From Minisyncoccota bacterium (GTDB taxonomy: Bacteria; Patescibacteriota; Minisyncoccia; Phycocordibacterales; BOKC01), in the NCBI GenBank assembly GCA_030583745.1, contig CP129473.1:552211-616210 (forward strand): 64,000 nucleotides of DNA, given 5' to 3'. Made by a program: the position numbers and the translations under genes. The notes beneath the pieces were generated by a model that worked only from the letters and a program-made list of their open reading frames with translations, did not search any database and had not been told where the DNA came from. Position 1 is the stretch's first letter. Every line of letters starts with the position of its first letter. This document shows positions 48,038 through 59,180 of this stretch, piece after piece.

Positions 48038-48625
48038 TTAATTTTGCGAGTAATTGTTTTCAATGGTCTCCCAATTTAAATTTTCAAAAAAGTCTTCCAC
48101 GTATTGTTTTTTACCGCTCGGTTGATAATCGTAAACGAAAGCGTGCTCCCACATATCAAGCGCCAAAATCGGAGAAAGTCCTGTTAAGTGTCCTAAATGT
48201 TGTTCGTCAATCCAGGCGTTTAAGAGTCGGTCGGCTTTTTTGTCGTGATAAAGGATTGCCCATCCGATTCCGCGGGTTAGTGCCATATGCTTGAATTCCG
48301 CAAGCCAATCTTCAAAATTTCCGAATTCTTCTGTGGTTTTTGTTTTTAGTTTTGAGTCGTCTTTAAGCTCTCTTGCTCCGCCTTCAAATGATTTGAAATA
48401 AAATTCGTGGTTTCTCATGCCGTCAAATTCAAAGCCAAGCCGTCGGCGGAGTTCGCCAATCTGGTAAGTATTTTTTTCTCTGTCTTTTGAAAGTTCGGCA
48501 ATTTTCTCCAAAATTAAATTAGTATGCTTAACATAGCCCGAATAAAGCTTCAAATGCTCCTCAATATTTTTCGCTGATATTCCCTTAAGCTCCGGAATAT
48601 TAAATTTTTGTTCTTGATACTGCAT
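48038..48625 (-). CDS. Fe/Mn-family superoxide dismutase
   Basis: C-terminal signature DMWEHAFVYDY, and an N-terminal ...EEHLKLYSGYVKHTN region. Confidence 0.75.
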   Translation of the reverse strand: MQYQEQKFNIPELKGISAKNIEEHLKLYSGYVKHTNLILEKIAELSKDREKNTYQIGELRRRLGFEFDGMRNHEFYFKSFEGGARELKDDSKLKTKTTEEFGNFEDWLAEFKHMALTRGIGWAILYHDKKADRLLNAWIDEQHLGHLTGLSPILALDMWEHAFVYDYQPSGKKQYVEDFFENLNWETIENNYSQN

Positions 48626-48680
48626 ATTTTTTAATGAGAGTAAGTAATTTTTACATTATAACATCTATCAATTTTTTAAA

Positions 48681-48945
48681 AAAAGAAAAACCCCACCAAA
48701 AGGCGGGGCGGTGGGACGGGTTTAGGGTGAACGGAAAGTAGTTACGTCATCATGCAGGCAAATGCCCCAGACCATGCTGCAAGTCCGACTGCCCCCACAT
48801 AAATCTCCGGGCAATTCTTCCAGATTGTTGTAAGAAATTTCAGGATCACACCTCCAGCTGTATTTGTCTTGTGCACGTCTAACCTCTTTCTGTTTGTTGG
48901 TGTGTGGGGCAAACACAACGAGTGTTTACCAAGCTCCGTTTATTA
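48681..48945 (-). ncRNA. candidate structured non-coding RNA (GC-rich, ~250 nt) ending in an intrinsic terminator
   Basis: Minus-strand: a TATAAT -10 box near 48946..48951; GC ~55% against a ~38% background; terminator CCCACC...GGTGGG plus a U-tract at 48681..48716. The only ORF (64 aa, GTG start, no ribosome-binding site) is unconvincing. Confidence 0.4.
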
Positions 48946-49020
48946 TAATACATAAAAATCCAATAGTTGTCTATGAGGGGGAGAGGTTGTATTATTATCT
49001 TGATTTTTTATTTTTTTAGA

Positions 49021-49884
49021 ATGTTAGAAACTATTCAAAAGCATTCAAAAATTGCGCTTGTTGTTCTGCTTCTTCTAACAAATGTTTTTATTTGGAGTGT
49101 TGTTTGGTCTTCCGGTAATTCTCAATTTCAAATTTATTTTTTAGATGTCGGTCAAGGAGATGCAATTTTAATAAAATCACCCTCTGGCAATAAAATGTTA
49201 ATTGATGGCGGGCAGAGCGCTTCGGCTTTGATGTTGGCCTTATCTAAAGCTATACCTTTCTATAGTAAAAAGATTGATGTTGTATTGGCAACACACCCGG
49301 ATGCCGATCACATTGGCGGCTTGTCGGAAATTTTCAGGCGTTTTGAGGTGGATTTTGTTATCGATCCGGACGTCTTAGCTGAAACCAGAATTTTTAGGGA
49401 TTTTCAAAATGCAGTTGCCTTGTCTGATTCCCAAAAACTGATAGCAAGAAGAGGTATGAAAATTGATTTGGGCGGTGGGGTTGTTTTTGTTGTCTTGTTT
49501 CCCGACCGAGATGTTTCAGGGCTTAACCCGAATGACGCTTCAATCGTCGGTAAATTATTTTTTGGTGATACAAGTTTTTTGCTTGCGGGCGACGCGCCGA
49601 TAAAAATAGAGGAATATTTGAATTTTTTGGATAATGAATTTTTAGAAAGCGACGTCTTGAAAGTTGGGCATCACGGCTCTCGAACGTCAACTTCCGATGA
49701 TTTTGTTACAGCTGTTAATCCAAAATACGCAATTATTTCGGCTGGTCGTGATAATAGATATGGTCATCCACACAGCGAAGTCTTGGAAATTTTGAAAAAC
49801 ACCGGAACAAAAATCCTCGGCACTTATGACCGCGGTACAATCCTTTTCAAATCCGACGGCCGGCGGTTGGAAATTAGAGATTAA
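49021..49884 (+). CDS. ComEC-type metallo-beta-lactamase-fold domain protein with an N-terminal TM anchor
   Basis: YFLDVGQGDAILI...MLIDGG and HPDADHIGG (HxHxDH) motifs. A separate gene, on the opposite strand from the ComEC channel gene. The start is taken at MLETIQ. Confidence 0.75.
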   Translation: MLETIQKHSKIALVVLLLLTNVFIWSVVWSSGNSQFQIYFLDVGQGDAILIKSPSGNKMLIDGGQSASALMLALSKAIPFYSKKIDVVLATHPDADHIGGLSEIFRRFEVDFVIDPDVLAETRIFRDFQNAVALSDSQKLIARRGMKIDLGGGVVFVVLFPDRDVSGLNPNDASIVGKLFFGDTSFLLAGDAPIKIEEYLNFLDNEFLESDVLKVGHHGSRTSTSDDFVTAVNPKYAIISAGRDNRYGHPHSEVLEILKNTGTKILGTYDRGTILFKSDGRRLEIRD

Positions 49885-49899
49885 TTTAAGTAAATTTAA

Positions 49900-49931
49900 A
49901 ACCCCCAACGGTCTGACCGCTGGGGGGTTTT
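49900..49931 (+). terminator. rho-independent terminator
   Basis: CCCCAACGGTC-T-GACCGCTGGGG hairpin followed by GGTTTTG. Confidence 0.65.
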
Positions 49932-49964
49932 GCTAGAGCCTAGCGCCTAACACCTAGCGCCTAT

Positions 49965-50207
49965 TTAAATCACCCCAGCTTCCTTTAGAGTTTTGAAAGC
50001 TCCGTTTTTGCGAATAGTTTTCAGGCCTTTAGTAGAGATGTTTAAAGATACCGTTTTTTTAAGTTCCGGAATGTAGATTCTTTTGCGTTGGATATTCGGC
50101 CGCTTTGGTTTTTTGCCAGTCGGATTAAATTTGGTGGCACGTGTGCGGTTGGAATATCCCCCACCAACGATTGTTTTCTTTTGTGTGATTGGACAAATCT
50201 TACTCAT
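49965..50207 (-). CDS. rpmB: 50S ribosomal protein L28
   Basis: MSKICPITQKKTIVGGGYSNRTRATKF... matches L28. Confidence 0.85.
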   Translation of the reverse strand: MSKICPITQKKTIVGGGYSNRTRATKFNPTGKKPKRPNIQRKRIYIPELKKTVSLNISTKGLKTIRKNGAFKTLKEAGVI

Positions 50208-50347
50208 GGAACAGGTAACATGTAATATTGAACATTGGAATTTCAGCCAGTTCTGTTCTAGACTTCATGTTTTATATTATATGAAATATTATGCTATCAT
50301 AATCTCATTAAAAATCCAAACTTTTAACTTCCCACTTTAAACTTTTT

Positions 50348-50998
50348 ATGGCCGGTCCTGATTTTATTTTTATAATAGTCATACTCATAATGTCGGTAGT
50401 GATCCACGAACTGGCTCACGGCTACTCGGCTCTTTGGCTTGGCGATTCTACCGCTAAATACGCCGGTCGGCTGACTCTAAACCCGATTAAACACCTTGAC
50501 CCGGTCGGCTCGGTTTTGGTTCCGCTTTTACTCTATATTTTACCCGGCAATCTAATTTTTGGTTGGGCGAAGCCGGTTCCTTACAATCCCTACAATCTTC
50601 GCAACCAAAAATGGGGAGAAGCGATTGTAGCCGCCGCTGGGCCCTTAACCAATATATTGATAGCCGTAATATTCGGCTTAATCGTCCGACTGAATGTCGT
50701 TTTTGGAGTTTTTCCGCCGGCTTTCACTGATTTAGCGAGTATTGTTGTCTTTATGAATATTATTCTGGCGATTTTCAATCTTGTCCCAATCCCACCTCTT
50801 GATGGTTCAAAAATACTTTTTTCCGTTTTGCCATACCACATGCAGAGATTTCGTCTTGTCTTGGAGCAATTTGGCTTAATTTTGGTAATTTTTTTCATCT
50901 TTGTTCTTTGGCGATTTATCTTTCCGGTTGTCTTGTGGTTCTTTTATCTAATAACTGGTCCAGCTGGTATAGACGGACTAATGAGATTTTTGGGCTGA
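50348..50998 (+). CDS. M50-family (site-2 protease-like) membrane metalloprotease
   Basis: HELAHG zinc motif in the first TM region; polytopic; 216 aa. Confidence 0.75.
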   Translation: MAGPDFIFIIVILIMSVVIHELAHGYSALWLGDSTAKYAGRLTLNPIKHLDPVGSVLVPLLLYILPGNLIFGWAKPVPYNPYNLRNQKWGEAIVAAAGPLTNILIAVIFGLIVRLNVVFGVFPPAFTDLASIVVFMNIILAIFNLVPIPPLDGSKILFSVLPYHMQRFRLVLEQFGLILVIFFIFVLWRFIFPVVLWFFYLITGPAGIDGLMRFLG

Positions 50999-51104
50999 CT
51001 TTAGTTTTCCCAGATTCCAAGTCTTGCTTTCTCTTTGGTCTGTGATAATATACAGCCCTGTATTTGTTTTTTAGCGTTTCGGGTTTTCAAATTTGATTTT
51101 AATT

Positions 51105-51512
51105 ATGCCGACGATCAATCAATTAGTAAAAAAAAGCAGAAAAAAGATTTCAAAGAAGTCAAAAGCGGTGGCTTTGGCCAAAGGTTTTAATGTGCTTAAA
51201 AATAAGCCGGTATATTACCCGGCGCCTTTTAAAAGAGGTGTTTGCGTTAAAGTTACTACCAAAACTCCAAAAAAACCGAATTCTGCTATCAGAAAAATCG
51301 CCAGAGTACGTTTGACAAATGGCATGGAAGTAACCGCCTATATTCCTGGTATTGGACATGCTCTACAGGAACACTCCGTTGTGCTTTTAAGAGGAGGAAG
51401 AGTAAAGGATGTTGGTTTGCGCTACACGATTGTCCGTGGCGTTTTGGATACGACCGGTGTTGAGAGCCGCCGACAGGGTAGAAGTTTATATGGATCTAAA
51501 AAACCAAAGTAA
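51105..51512 (+). CDS. rpsL: 30S ribosomal protein S12
   Basis: [10 protein letters not shown]...[10 protein letters not shown]... Confidence 0.95.
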   Translation: MPTINQLVKKSRKKISKKSKAVALAKGFNVLKNKPVYYPAPFKRGVCVKVTTKTPKKPNSAIRKIARVRLTNGMEVTAYIPGIGHALQEHSVVLLRGGRVKDVGLRYTIVRGVLDTTGVESRRQGRSLYGSKKPK

Positions 51513-51562
51513 CTAGGCGCTAGGAAAATTCCTAAAACCTAACATCCTAATAACCTAATTTT

Positions 51563-52033
51563 ATGCGTAGAAAAATTAAAGACAAAAGAATATTGAGGCC
51601 AGACAATAAATACGATTCTCAAAAGATAGAGAAGTTTATAAATTACGTTATGGAAGACGGCAAAAAAGAGGTTGCTCGTAAGGTTGTATACGATTCTTTT
51701 GATTTGTTAACTAAAAAAGCCAAAGTGGAAGACCCGTTGGAAATTTTTGAAACTGCCCTGAAAAATACTACTCCAAACATGGAAGTCCGTTCGCGCCGAA
51801 TTGGAGGTGCCAATTACCAGATTCCGAGAGAAGTCAGAGCCGAAAGAAGGCAAGCCCTTTCAATGAAGTGGATTATTGAAGCGGCGAGAAACAAAAAAGG
51901 CAAGCCGATGAGAGAGCGGCTTTCAGACGAGATTTTATCAGCCAGCAAAAATGAAGGCGAGGCGGTGAAGAAGCGAGAAAATACGCACAAAATGGCGGAA
52001 GCCAATAAGGCCTTTGCCCATTTCGCGTGGTAG
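51563..52033 (+). CDS. rpsG: 30S ribosomal protein S7
   Basis: Conserved S7 core (...[11 protein letters not shown]..., ...[11 protein letters not shown]...). Confidence 0.95.
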   Translation: MRRKIKDKRILRPDNKYDSQKIEKFINYVMEDGKKEVARKVVYDSFDLLTKKAKVEDPLEIFETALKNTTPNMEVRSRRIGGANYQIPREVRAERRQALSMKWIIEAARNKKGKPMRERLSDEILSASKNEGEAVKKRENTHKMAEANKAFAHFAW

Positions 52034-52095
52034 TGTCTTATTTTTTTTGATAAATTTTCTTACACTGCAAACTTTTTAAAAAATTCTCAATATTT

Positions 52096-54234
52096 ATGAA
52101 TCGCGACTATCCATTAGAAAAAGTACGAAATTTTGGCATTATCGCTCATATTGATGCTGGGAAAACCACCACTTCCGAACGCGTTCTTTTTTATACTGGC
52201 GTTTCTCACAAAATAGGCGAGGTGCATGAAGGGCAAGCGATTATGGATTGGATGGAGCAGGAGAAGGAGCGTGGCATTACGATAACTTCTGCTGCCACCA
52301 CTTGTTTTTGGGTGCCGACCTATGAAGAAAAATCCGACCAAAGTAAGAAGCATAGGTTTAATATAATTGATACTCCGGGCCACGTTGATTTTACAGTTGA
52401 AGTGGAGCGCTCACTTAAGGTTTTAGACGGCGGAGTCGTAGTTTTTGATGGTGTGGCCGGCGTTGAGCCACAATCAGAAACAGTTTGGCGACAAGCTGAC
52501 AAATATAAAGTTCCAAGAATTTGTTTTATCAACAAGCTAGACAGAATGGGCGGAAGTTTCGAGAAGTCGTTTCAGTCAATTTTGAAAAGGTTGACGAAAA
52601 ACGCAGTCAGAATGCAGATTCCAATCGGTGAAGAAAGCTCTTTTGAGGCGATTATAGACCTCCTTAGAATGAAGACTTATTATTTTGAAGGCGAGATGGG
52701 AAATACTTTGCGAGAAGCAGAAATTCCGGAGAGCCATAAGGCCGACGCTCTAAAGTACCACGCGGAACTTGTTGAAAAAATTGTAGAAAATGACGAGCTT
52801 TTAATGAGTAAATATCTTGATGGACAGGAAATTCCTATTAGTGATTTGAAAAAGACTTTAAGAAAAGCCGTCATTGAAAATAAGATAGTGCCGGTTTTCA
52901 CTGGTTCGGCTTTGAAAAATAAGGGAGTGCAGTTGGTTTTGGATGCAGTGATAGATTATTTACCCTCGCCGATTGACGTGCCTCCGATAAAAGGAATAGA
53001 CCCGAAGACTGGAGAGGAGATAGACAGAAAATCTTCTGACAGCGAGCCCTTTGCCGCTCTAGCTTTCAAGCTTCAAACCGATCCTTATGTCGGTCAATTA
53101 ACTTATTTCCGGGTTTACTCTGGCATAATTTCTTCTGGCTCTTATGTTTATAATTCCACAACAGGAGAAAAAGAGAGACTTGGTCGTATTCTTAGAATGC
53201 ACGCCAACGAAAGAGAAGAGGTCAAGACAGTTTTTGCTGGAGAAATCGCCGCCGCTGTGGGTCTTAGAAATGCCAAAACGGGGGACACTCTTTGTGATGA
53301 AAACAAGCAAATCATTTTGGAAAAAATAGAATTTCCGGAACCGGTTATTTCGTTGAGAGTTGAGCCAAAGACTAAGGCCGACCAGGAAAAAATGGGTATT
53401 GCCCTAAAGCGCCTATCGGATGAAGATCCAACCTTCAGGGTTAAAAGTGATCCGGAAACCGGTGAGACGGTTATTATGGGAATGGGCGAACTCCATTTGG
53501 AAATTTTAGTTGATCGAATGAAAAGAGAATTTAGTGTTGAGACAAGTGTCGGTAAACCGCAAGTAGCATATAAAGAAACAATTACCGGCACGGCTGAAGT
53601 TGAAAATAAATATATCAAACAAACTGGTGGTCGTGGACAATATGGTCATGTAAAGATAGTTTTAAAACCACTTGGACCCGCTCCAGAAAAATTACCGAAA
53701 AATATCAAACGGGAAGAGGGCTTTGAATTTATTGATTCAATCAAGGGCGGAGTCATACCGCAAGAATTCATTCCTGCTGTTGAAAAGGGAGTGAGGGAAG
53801 CTATGGAGAGAGGTGTTGTTGCCGGCTACAAAATGACAGATGTTTCCTGCGAATTAACTTTCGGCTCATATCACGATGTTGATTCTTCAGAAATTGCGTA
53901 TAAGATTGCCGCCTCGCAAGCTTTTCAAGAAGCGGCCAAGAAAGCCAAGCCAGTACTTTTAGAGCCAATAATGAAAGTTGAAGTCGTTGTTCCGGAAAAA
54001 TTTATGGGTGATATAACAGGCAATTTGAATTCTAAAAGAGGTCAGATTGATTCTATGGAAGACAAGGGTGAATTAAAATCAATTGTTGCCAAAGTTCCGC
54101 TTTCCGAAATGTTCGGATATGTTACTGCCTTGCGTTCTATGACTGAAGGACGAGGCACTGCTATGATGGAATTTGATCATTACGAAATCGTACCTCCAAA
54201 CGTTGCTCAAGAAATAATTGAGTCAAGAAAATAG
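52096..54234 (+). CDS. fusA: elongation factor G
   Basis: [21 protein letters not shown], and the five-domain EF-G architecture. Confidence 0.95.
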   Translation: MNRDYPLEKVRNFGIIAHIDAGKTTTSERVLFYTGVSHKIGEVHEGQAIMDWMEQEKERGITITSAATTCFWVPTYEEKSDQSKKHRFNIIDTPGHVDFTVEVERSLKVLDGGVVVFDGVAGVEPQSETVWRQADKYKVPRICFINKLDRMGGSFEKSFQSILKRLTKNAVRMQIPIGEESSFEAIIDLLRMKTYYFEGEMGNTLREAEIPESHKADALKYHAELVEKIVENDELLMSKYLDGQEIPISDLKKTLRKAVIENKIVPVFTGSALKNKGVQLVLDAVIDYLPSPIDVPPIKGIDPKTGEEIDRKSSDSEPFAALAFKLQTDPYVGQLTYFRVYSGIISSGSYVYNSTTGEKERLGRILRMHANEREEVKTVFAGEIAAAVGLRNAKTGDTLCDENKQIILEKIEFPEPVISLRVEPKTKADQEKMGIALKRLSDEDPTFRVKSDPETGETVIMGMGELHLEILVDRMKREFSVETSVGKPQVAYKETITGTAEVENKYIKQTGGRGQYGHVKIVLKPLGPAPEKLPKNIKREEGFEFIDSIKGGVIPQEFIPAVEKGVREAMERGVVAGYKMTDVSCELTFGSYHDVDSSEIAYKIAASQAFQEAAKKAKPVLLEPIMKVEVVVPEKFMGDITGNLNSKRGQIDSMEDKGELKSIVAKVPLSEMFGYVTALRSMTEGRGTAMMEFDHYEIVPPNVAQEIIESRK

Positions 54235-54441
54235 GTATTTAAAAAAGAGTATTCAACTGTCTTGCTTTTAGTGATAGAAACGTTTTGAATACTCAAATCT
54301 TAATAATTAACAGGAAATCCTTGACTCTAACTGTTTTTCTGTTAGTATGGTTCTACACTTAAAAGTGAAGTGATTTTTGTTGCTTGTTTTGAAAGACAGC
54401 GACAATCAGTTAATAATTAACAATTAACAATAAAAAATAAT

Positions 54442-55632
54442 ATGGCAGATTTTGATAGATCCAAGCCACATGTCAACGTCGGAACCATTGGTCACGTTGA
54501 CCACGGCAAAACTACTTTGACCGCTGCGATTTTGAATGTTTTGAATCGTGCCGGCAAAAACGTTAAGTTGAAGGGCGTAGACCAAATTGACTCGGCTCCG
54601 GAAGAAAAAGCCAGAGGTATTACTATTGCTTTGTCTCACAACGAATATGAGACAGACAAAAGACATTATGCTCACATTGATGCCCCGGGCCACGCTGACT
54701 ATATTAAAAACATGATTACTGGTGCCGCTCAAATGGACGGCGCGATTTTGGTTGTTGCCGCAACCGACGGTGTTATGCCACAGACCAGAGAGCACATTCT
54801 TTTGGCCAAGCAAATCGGCGTGCCTAAAATAATCGTTTTTCTAAATAAGTGTGACGCTGTGCCAGACAAAGAGCTTATTGACCTAGTTGAAGAAGAAGTC
54901 AGAGAGCTTTTGAATAAATATGAATTTGACGGTGCTAATGCTCCGGTTATTCGCGGTTCTGCTCTCAAGGCATTAGAATCTCAAGACAATAATGATGAAT
55001 GGTCGCAAAAGGTTATGGAATTGGCTAATGCTCTTGACGAATATATTCCAATGCCGGAAAGAGATGTTGAAAAACCATTTCTTATGCCAGTTGAAGATAT
55101 TTTCTCAATTGAAGGTAGAGGAACTGTGGTAACAGGTAGAATAGAGAGAGGAAAGTTGAAAGTTGGTGAAGAAATTGAGGTTGTCGGACTTAAAGATACC
55201 CAGAAAACAGTTGTTACTGGAATTGAAATGTTCAATAAATCACTCTCCGAAGGTATGGCTGGTGATAATGCCGGAATACTACTTCGCGGTTTGAAGAAAG
55301 AGGATATTCACCGCGGTCAAGTTCTAGCCAAGCCAGGTTCAATTACTCCGCACACCGAATTTGAAACGGAAGTCTATATCTTGAAGAAAGAGGAAGGTGG
55401 ACGCCACACTCCATTTTTTACTGGATACAAACCGCAATTCTACATGAGAACAACTGACGTTACTGGAGAATCTACTTTGCCGGAAGGCGTTGAAATGGTT
55501 ATGCCCGGAGATACAGTAAAACTCAAAGTCAAACTTGTGGCACCGGTCGCCCTTGAAGAACAACAAAGGTTTGCCATTAGAGAAGGAGGTAAAACAGTTG
55601 GTGCCGGAGTTGTTACCAAGGTTATAGCATAG
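54442..55632 (+). CDS. tuf: elongation factor Tu
   Basis: [22 protein letters not shown]. Confidence 0.95.
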   Translation: MADFDRSKPHVNVGTIGHVDHGKTTLTAAILNVLNRAGKNVKLKGVDQIDSAPEEKARGITIALSHNEYETDKRHYAHIDAPGHADYIKNMITGAAQMDGAILVVAATDGVMPQTREHILLAKQIGVPKIIVFLNKCDAVPDKELIDLVEEEVRELLNKYEFDGANAPVIRGSALKALESQDNNDEWSQKVMELANALDEYIPMPERDVEKPFLMPVEDIFSIEGRGTVVTGRIERGKLKVGEEIEVVGLKDTQKTVVTGIEMFNKSLSEGMAGDNAGILLRGLKKEDIHRGQVLAKPGSITPHTEFETEVYILKKEEGGRHTPFFTGYKPQFYMRTTDVTGESTLPEGVEMVMPGDTVKLKVKLVAPVALEEQQRFAIREGGKTVGAGVVTKVIA

Positions 55633-55695
55633 ATAATCAATCAAGCTCATTGTCATCTTAAGTTAACGGTGTTTGGTAAATCGTAAAACCAAAAT

Positions 55696-56055
55696 ATGCC
55701 AACTAAAGAAAAAAAAGAAAAAAAGGCCAAAAAGGGCGGAGATGCTGGTATTTCAAAACTGAGGATTCGTGTCAGAGCTTATGAACATAAAGTTCTGGAT
55801 CTATCGGTAAAACAGATTATTGATACCGCCTTGAGGTTTGATGCTGAAGTCGTTGGGCCAATTCCTCTTCCAACAGAGATAAAAAAATACACCGTTAACC
55901 GAGCATCTTTTGTTTATAAAAACTCAAGAGAGCAATTTGAGATGAGGGTTCATAAAAGACTGATTGATATCATTAATCCGGACCCTAAAATAGTTGAATC
56001 TTTAACCAACCTTAACCTACCTTCAGGAGTTGAAATAGACGTGAAAATAATGTAA
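55696..56055 (+). CDS. rpsJ: 30S ribosomal protein S10 (N-terminal Lys-rich extension)
   Basis: ...[12 protein letters not shown]...GPIPLPT... Confidence 0.9.
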   Translation: MPTKEKKEKKAKKGGDAGISKLRIRVRAYEHKVLDLSVKQIIDTALRFDAEVVGPIPLPTEIKKYTVNRASFVYKNSREQFEMRVHKRLIDIINPDPKIVESLTNLNLPSGVEIDVKIM

Positions 56056-56129
56056 GAATAGGCGCTAGACTTTGGGTGCTAGAGACTAAAATTTGTTTCT
56101 GGGCCTGAAGTCTAGTTTTCTAAATTATT

Positions 56130-56756
56130 ATGAAATTTATCATCGGAGAGAAAATCGGAATGACCCAAATATTTGATACCGACGGACGGGCTGTGCCGGC
56201 AACGGTTGTTAAAACTTGTCCGCAGGTTGTCACGCAGATAAAAAATCTTGAAACTGATGGCTATTTTGCCTTGCAGGTTGGTTTTCAGGAGGTAAAAGAA
56301 AAAAAGATAAAAAAGCCACAAAAGGGTCATTTGAAAGATTTGGGAAACTATAGATACTTTAAAGAGTTTCGCTTGTCCGGAGAAGATTTGTCTTCTTTTA
56401 AGGTTGGTGACAAGATTGTTTCCTCGATTTTCTCTGAAAACGACGATGTCCGTGTCTCGGCGGTTTCCAAAGCCAAGGGTTTTCAGGGCGTTGTAAAAAG
56501 ACATGGTTTTGCCGGTGGTCCTAGGACTCACGGTCAGAAACATTCTGAAAGGGAGCCAGGATCAATTGGTGGTGGCGGACGAGCGGGTGGCCGAGTGGTA
56601 AAAGGCATGAAAATGGCCGGTAGAATGGGTGGAGACAGAGTAACTGTCAAAAATTTGAAAATCGTTAAAGTTGACAATGATGAAGGGTATTTAATGGTTT
56701 CCGGTGCGGTGCCCGGCAGAAAAGGAACTTTTGTTGAAATCTTGTCTATAGAGTAG
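56130..56756 (+). CDS. rplC: 50S ribosomal protein L3
   Basis: GEKIGMTQIFD..., ...KGFQGVVKRHGF... Confidence 0.95.
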   Translation: MKFIIGEKIGMTQIFDTDGRAVPATVVKTCPQVVTQIKNLETDGYFALQVGFQEVKEKKIKKPQKGHLKDLGNYRYFKEFRLSGEDLSSFKVGDKIVSSIFSENDDVRVSAVSKAKGFQGVVKRHGFAGGPRTHGQKHSEREPGSIGGGGRAGGRVVKGMKMAGRMGGDRVTVKNLKIVKVDNDEGYLMVSGAVPGRKGTFVEILSIE

Positions 56757-56778
56757 TATTGATTTTTACTTAATATTT

Positions 56779-57438
56779 ATGGAAGCCAAAATTTACAACA
56801 AAGAAGGAAAAGAGGCGGGAAAGATTCAATTACCCGAAGAGGTTTTTGGTGTTGCGTGGAATGACGATTTGATTCACAAAGTTGCGGTTTCTATGGCTTC
56901 AAACAAAAGGGCCGGTACGGCTCACACTAAAAATAGAGGTGAAGTAAGTGGTGGTGGTAAAAAACCTTGGAGGCAAAAAGGGACTGGTCGTGCCAGACAC
57001 GGCTCAATTCGAAGCCCGATTTGGGTTGGTGGCGGAGTTGCTCACGGTCCTCGAAGTGATAAGAGTTTTGAAAAAAAGATAAATAAAAAAGAAAAAAATA
57101 AGGCCTTAAGGGTGGTTTTGAGCCGAAAGTTAGCTGATGGTGAGATATTATTTATTGAATCTTTTGATTTCTCTGGGCCAAAAACCAGTGAAGCTAAAAA
57201 AGCGCTGTCCTCTCTTTCCGCTGTTTCTGGTTTTGAAAATTTGGTTTCTAAGAAAAAGAATTCAGCAGTCATTGCTTTGGCTGATAAAAATAAAAATTTG
57301 GAGAAGAGTTTTAGGAATTTTGGGAATATGGAAGTGGAAGAGATTAAAAATATCAATCCGCTTTTATTACTCGAGCATAAATATTTGATTATAGCCAACC
57401 CCGAAGAATCATTGAAAAAAATTCCAGGTAAAATTTAA
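56779..57438 (+). CDS. rplD: 50S ribosomal protein L4
   Basis: Assigned from size and operon position; the only sequence feature noted is the basic GGGKKPWRQKGTGRAR segment. Confidence 0.9.
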   Translation: MEAKIYNKEGKEAGKIQLPEEVFGVAWNDDLIHKVAVSMASNKRAGTAHTKNRGEVSGGGKKPWRQKGTGRARHGSIRSPIWVGGGVAHGPRSDKSFEKKINKKEKNKALRVVLSRKLADGEILFIESFDFSGPKTSEAKKALSSLSAVSGFENLVSKKKNSAVIALADKNKNLEKSFRNFGNMEVEEIKNINPLLLLEHKYLIIANPEESLKKIPGKI

Positions 57439-57440
57439 TT

Positions 57441-57857
57441 ATGGCGCTCTTTAAAACAAAAAAAGAAAAAAAACCAGCGATCGCAAAAGCTGTTGAAGAA
57501 AAAAAAGCCGAAAAGGTTTCTTCTGAATCTGGTGCAAACCCGACTTTGACGAAGGGTGATTTTTTGGCTAATTCGACGCTGAATTATCCAGCCGATGTCA
57601 TTTTGAGGCCAAGGATTACCGAAAAAGCTACAGACGAACAACAAAAAGGCGTCTATATTTTTGAGGTCAGAAAAGATGCGACAAAAATTTCTGTTAGAAA
57701 AACCATAGAAAAAATTTATAAAGTTAATCCGCGCAAGATAAACATAGTAAAAAATCCAGCAAAAAACTTGATCGTAAGGGGAAGAAAAGGGGTTAAGCCG
57801 GCAGTTAAAAAAGCGTATGTTTATCTGAAAGATGGCGATAAAATAGACATTGTCTAA
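57441..57857 (+). CDS. rplW: 50S ribosomal protein L23 (N-terminal extension)
   Basis: ILRPRITEKA... motif. Confidence 0.9.
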   Translation: MALFKTKKEKKPAIAKAVEEKKAEKVSSESGANPTLTKGDFLANSTLNYPADVILRPRITEKATDEQQKGVYIFEVRKDATKISVRKTIEKIYKVNPRKINIVKNPAKNLIVRGRKGVKPAVKKAYVYLKDGDKIDIV

Positions 57858-57895
57858 CTTTTTCGGAACAGACTTTTATTTGTTTTTTAAAAAAT

Positions 57896-58741
57896 ATGAA
57901 AACATTCAAACCGACAACTGCAAGCAGAAGACAAATGTCTATCCCCGGCTTTAAGGGAGTTTTGACATCTAAGAAACCCCAGAAGTCTTTGACTAAAGGC
58001 GGGAAATTGGCTGTTGGGAGAAATAACCAAGGGCGGATTACCACCAGACATAAAGGTGGCGGACACAAGAAAAGATACAGAATGGTTGATTTTGCTTTGA
58101 ATAAAAAAGGAATACCTTTCAAAATAGTTTCTGTTGAATATGATCCTTTCCGGACTGGTTTTATTGGTCTTGCAGTTTTTGCCGATGGAGAAAAGGCATA
58201 CATACTCTTGCCTCAAGGGGTGGTGGCTGGTGAAGAGCTTTTGATTGGGGAAGAAGCTCCTATCAAGGCTGGTAATCGTTTACCTCTTAAGAATCTGGAG
58301 GTTGGAACCTTTGTCTACAATGTTGAATTAAAACCTTCCGGCGGAGCACGCCTTGTGAGAAGCGCGGGAAGTTTTGCTGAAATAGTCGCAAAAGACGCTG
58401 GATATATTGGACTTAAAATGCCTTCGAGCGAAGTGCGTAGGGTGCCAGAAAATTGCTGGGCATCAGTTGGTTCGGTTTCTAATCCGGAAAATCGTTTGGT
58501 AAATATTGGTAAAGCCGGAAGGAGCAGGTGGCTTGGTATCCGTCCGACCGTCAGGGGTTCGGCTATGAATCCGGTTGACCATCCTTATGGTGGAGGTGAA
58601 GGGCGTTCCGGTCGCGGATTAAGAAGGGCTAAAAGCAAATGGGGAAAGCCGACAGGTAAGGGCCAAAAGACCAGAAAAACCAAGAAGTACTCAAATAAGT
58701 TCATAGTTTCCAGAAGGAAGGTCGGCAAGAAGCGCCAATAG
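57896..58741 (+). CDS. rplB: 50S ribosomal protein L2
   Basis: GRNNQGRITTRHKGGGHKKRYR, GNRLPLKNLEVGTFVYNVE. Confidence 0.95.
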   Translation: MKTFKPTTASRRQMSIPGFKGVLTSKKPQKSLTKGGKLAVGRNNQGRITTRHKGGGHKKRYRMVDFALNKKGIPFKIVSVEYDPFRTGFIGLAVFADGEKAYILLPQGVVAGEELLIGEEAPIKAGNRLPLKNLEVGTFVYNVELKPSGGARLVRSAGSFAEIVAKDAGYIGLKMPSSEVRRVPENCWASVGSVSNPENRLVNIGKAGRSRWLGIRPTVRGSAMNPVDHPYGGGEGRSGRGLRRAKSKWGKPTGKGQKTRKTKKYSNKFIVSRRKVGKKRQ

Positions 58742-58812
58742 GACTTTTTGTTTGACAATAAAACGCTTTCTGCTATTCTTTTTATAGCTCGCCATGAGCT
58801 TTTATTTTTAAT

Positions 58813-59166
58813 ATGGTTAGATCATCAAAAAAAGGACCTTACGTTGACCCAAGATTACTGAAGAAGATTTCCGGTAAAAAACCTGATGATGTTGGAGTTA
58901 TCAAGACTTGGTCGCGGGACAGTCAAATTTCACCGGAAATGGTGGGTTTTGCTTTTGGTGTTCATAATGGCAGGGAACATATTGAGGTAAGAGTAAATGA
59001 AGACATGGTCGGACATCGTCTTGGCGAATTCTCTTTGACTAGAAAATTTGTTAAACACGGCGGAAAGATGCAGAAAGATTTGGAGCAGAAAAAGAAAGAA
59101 TCTGAAATAGAGGCGGCAAGAGCGGCAAAGACAAGTGGGGATTCAGCTAAAGCTCCGGGAAAATAA
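58813..59166 (+). CDS. rpsS: 30S ribosomal protein S19 (C-terminal extension)
   Basis: SSKKGPYVD..., ...HNGREHIEV... Confidence 0.9.
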   Translation: MVRSSKKGPYVDPRLLKKISGKKPDDVGVIKTWSRDSQISPEMVGFAFGVHNGREHIEVRVNEDMVGHRLGEFSLTRKFVKHGGKMQKDLEQKKKESEIEAARAAKTSGDSAKAPGK

Positions 59167-59180
59167 TTTAAATAAGGAAC

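Noticed and set aside
48722-48916. 64-aa minus-strand ORF
   Set aside because: It needs a GTG start with no ribosome-binding site, lies within a GC-rich segment bounded by a -10 box and a terminator, and has no family resemblance. Treated as a candidate ncRNA.
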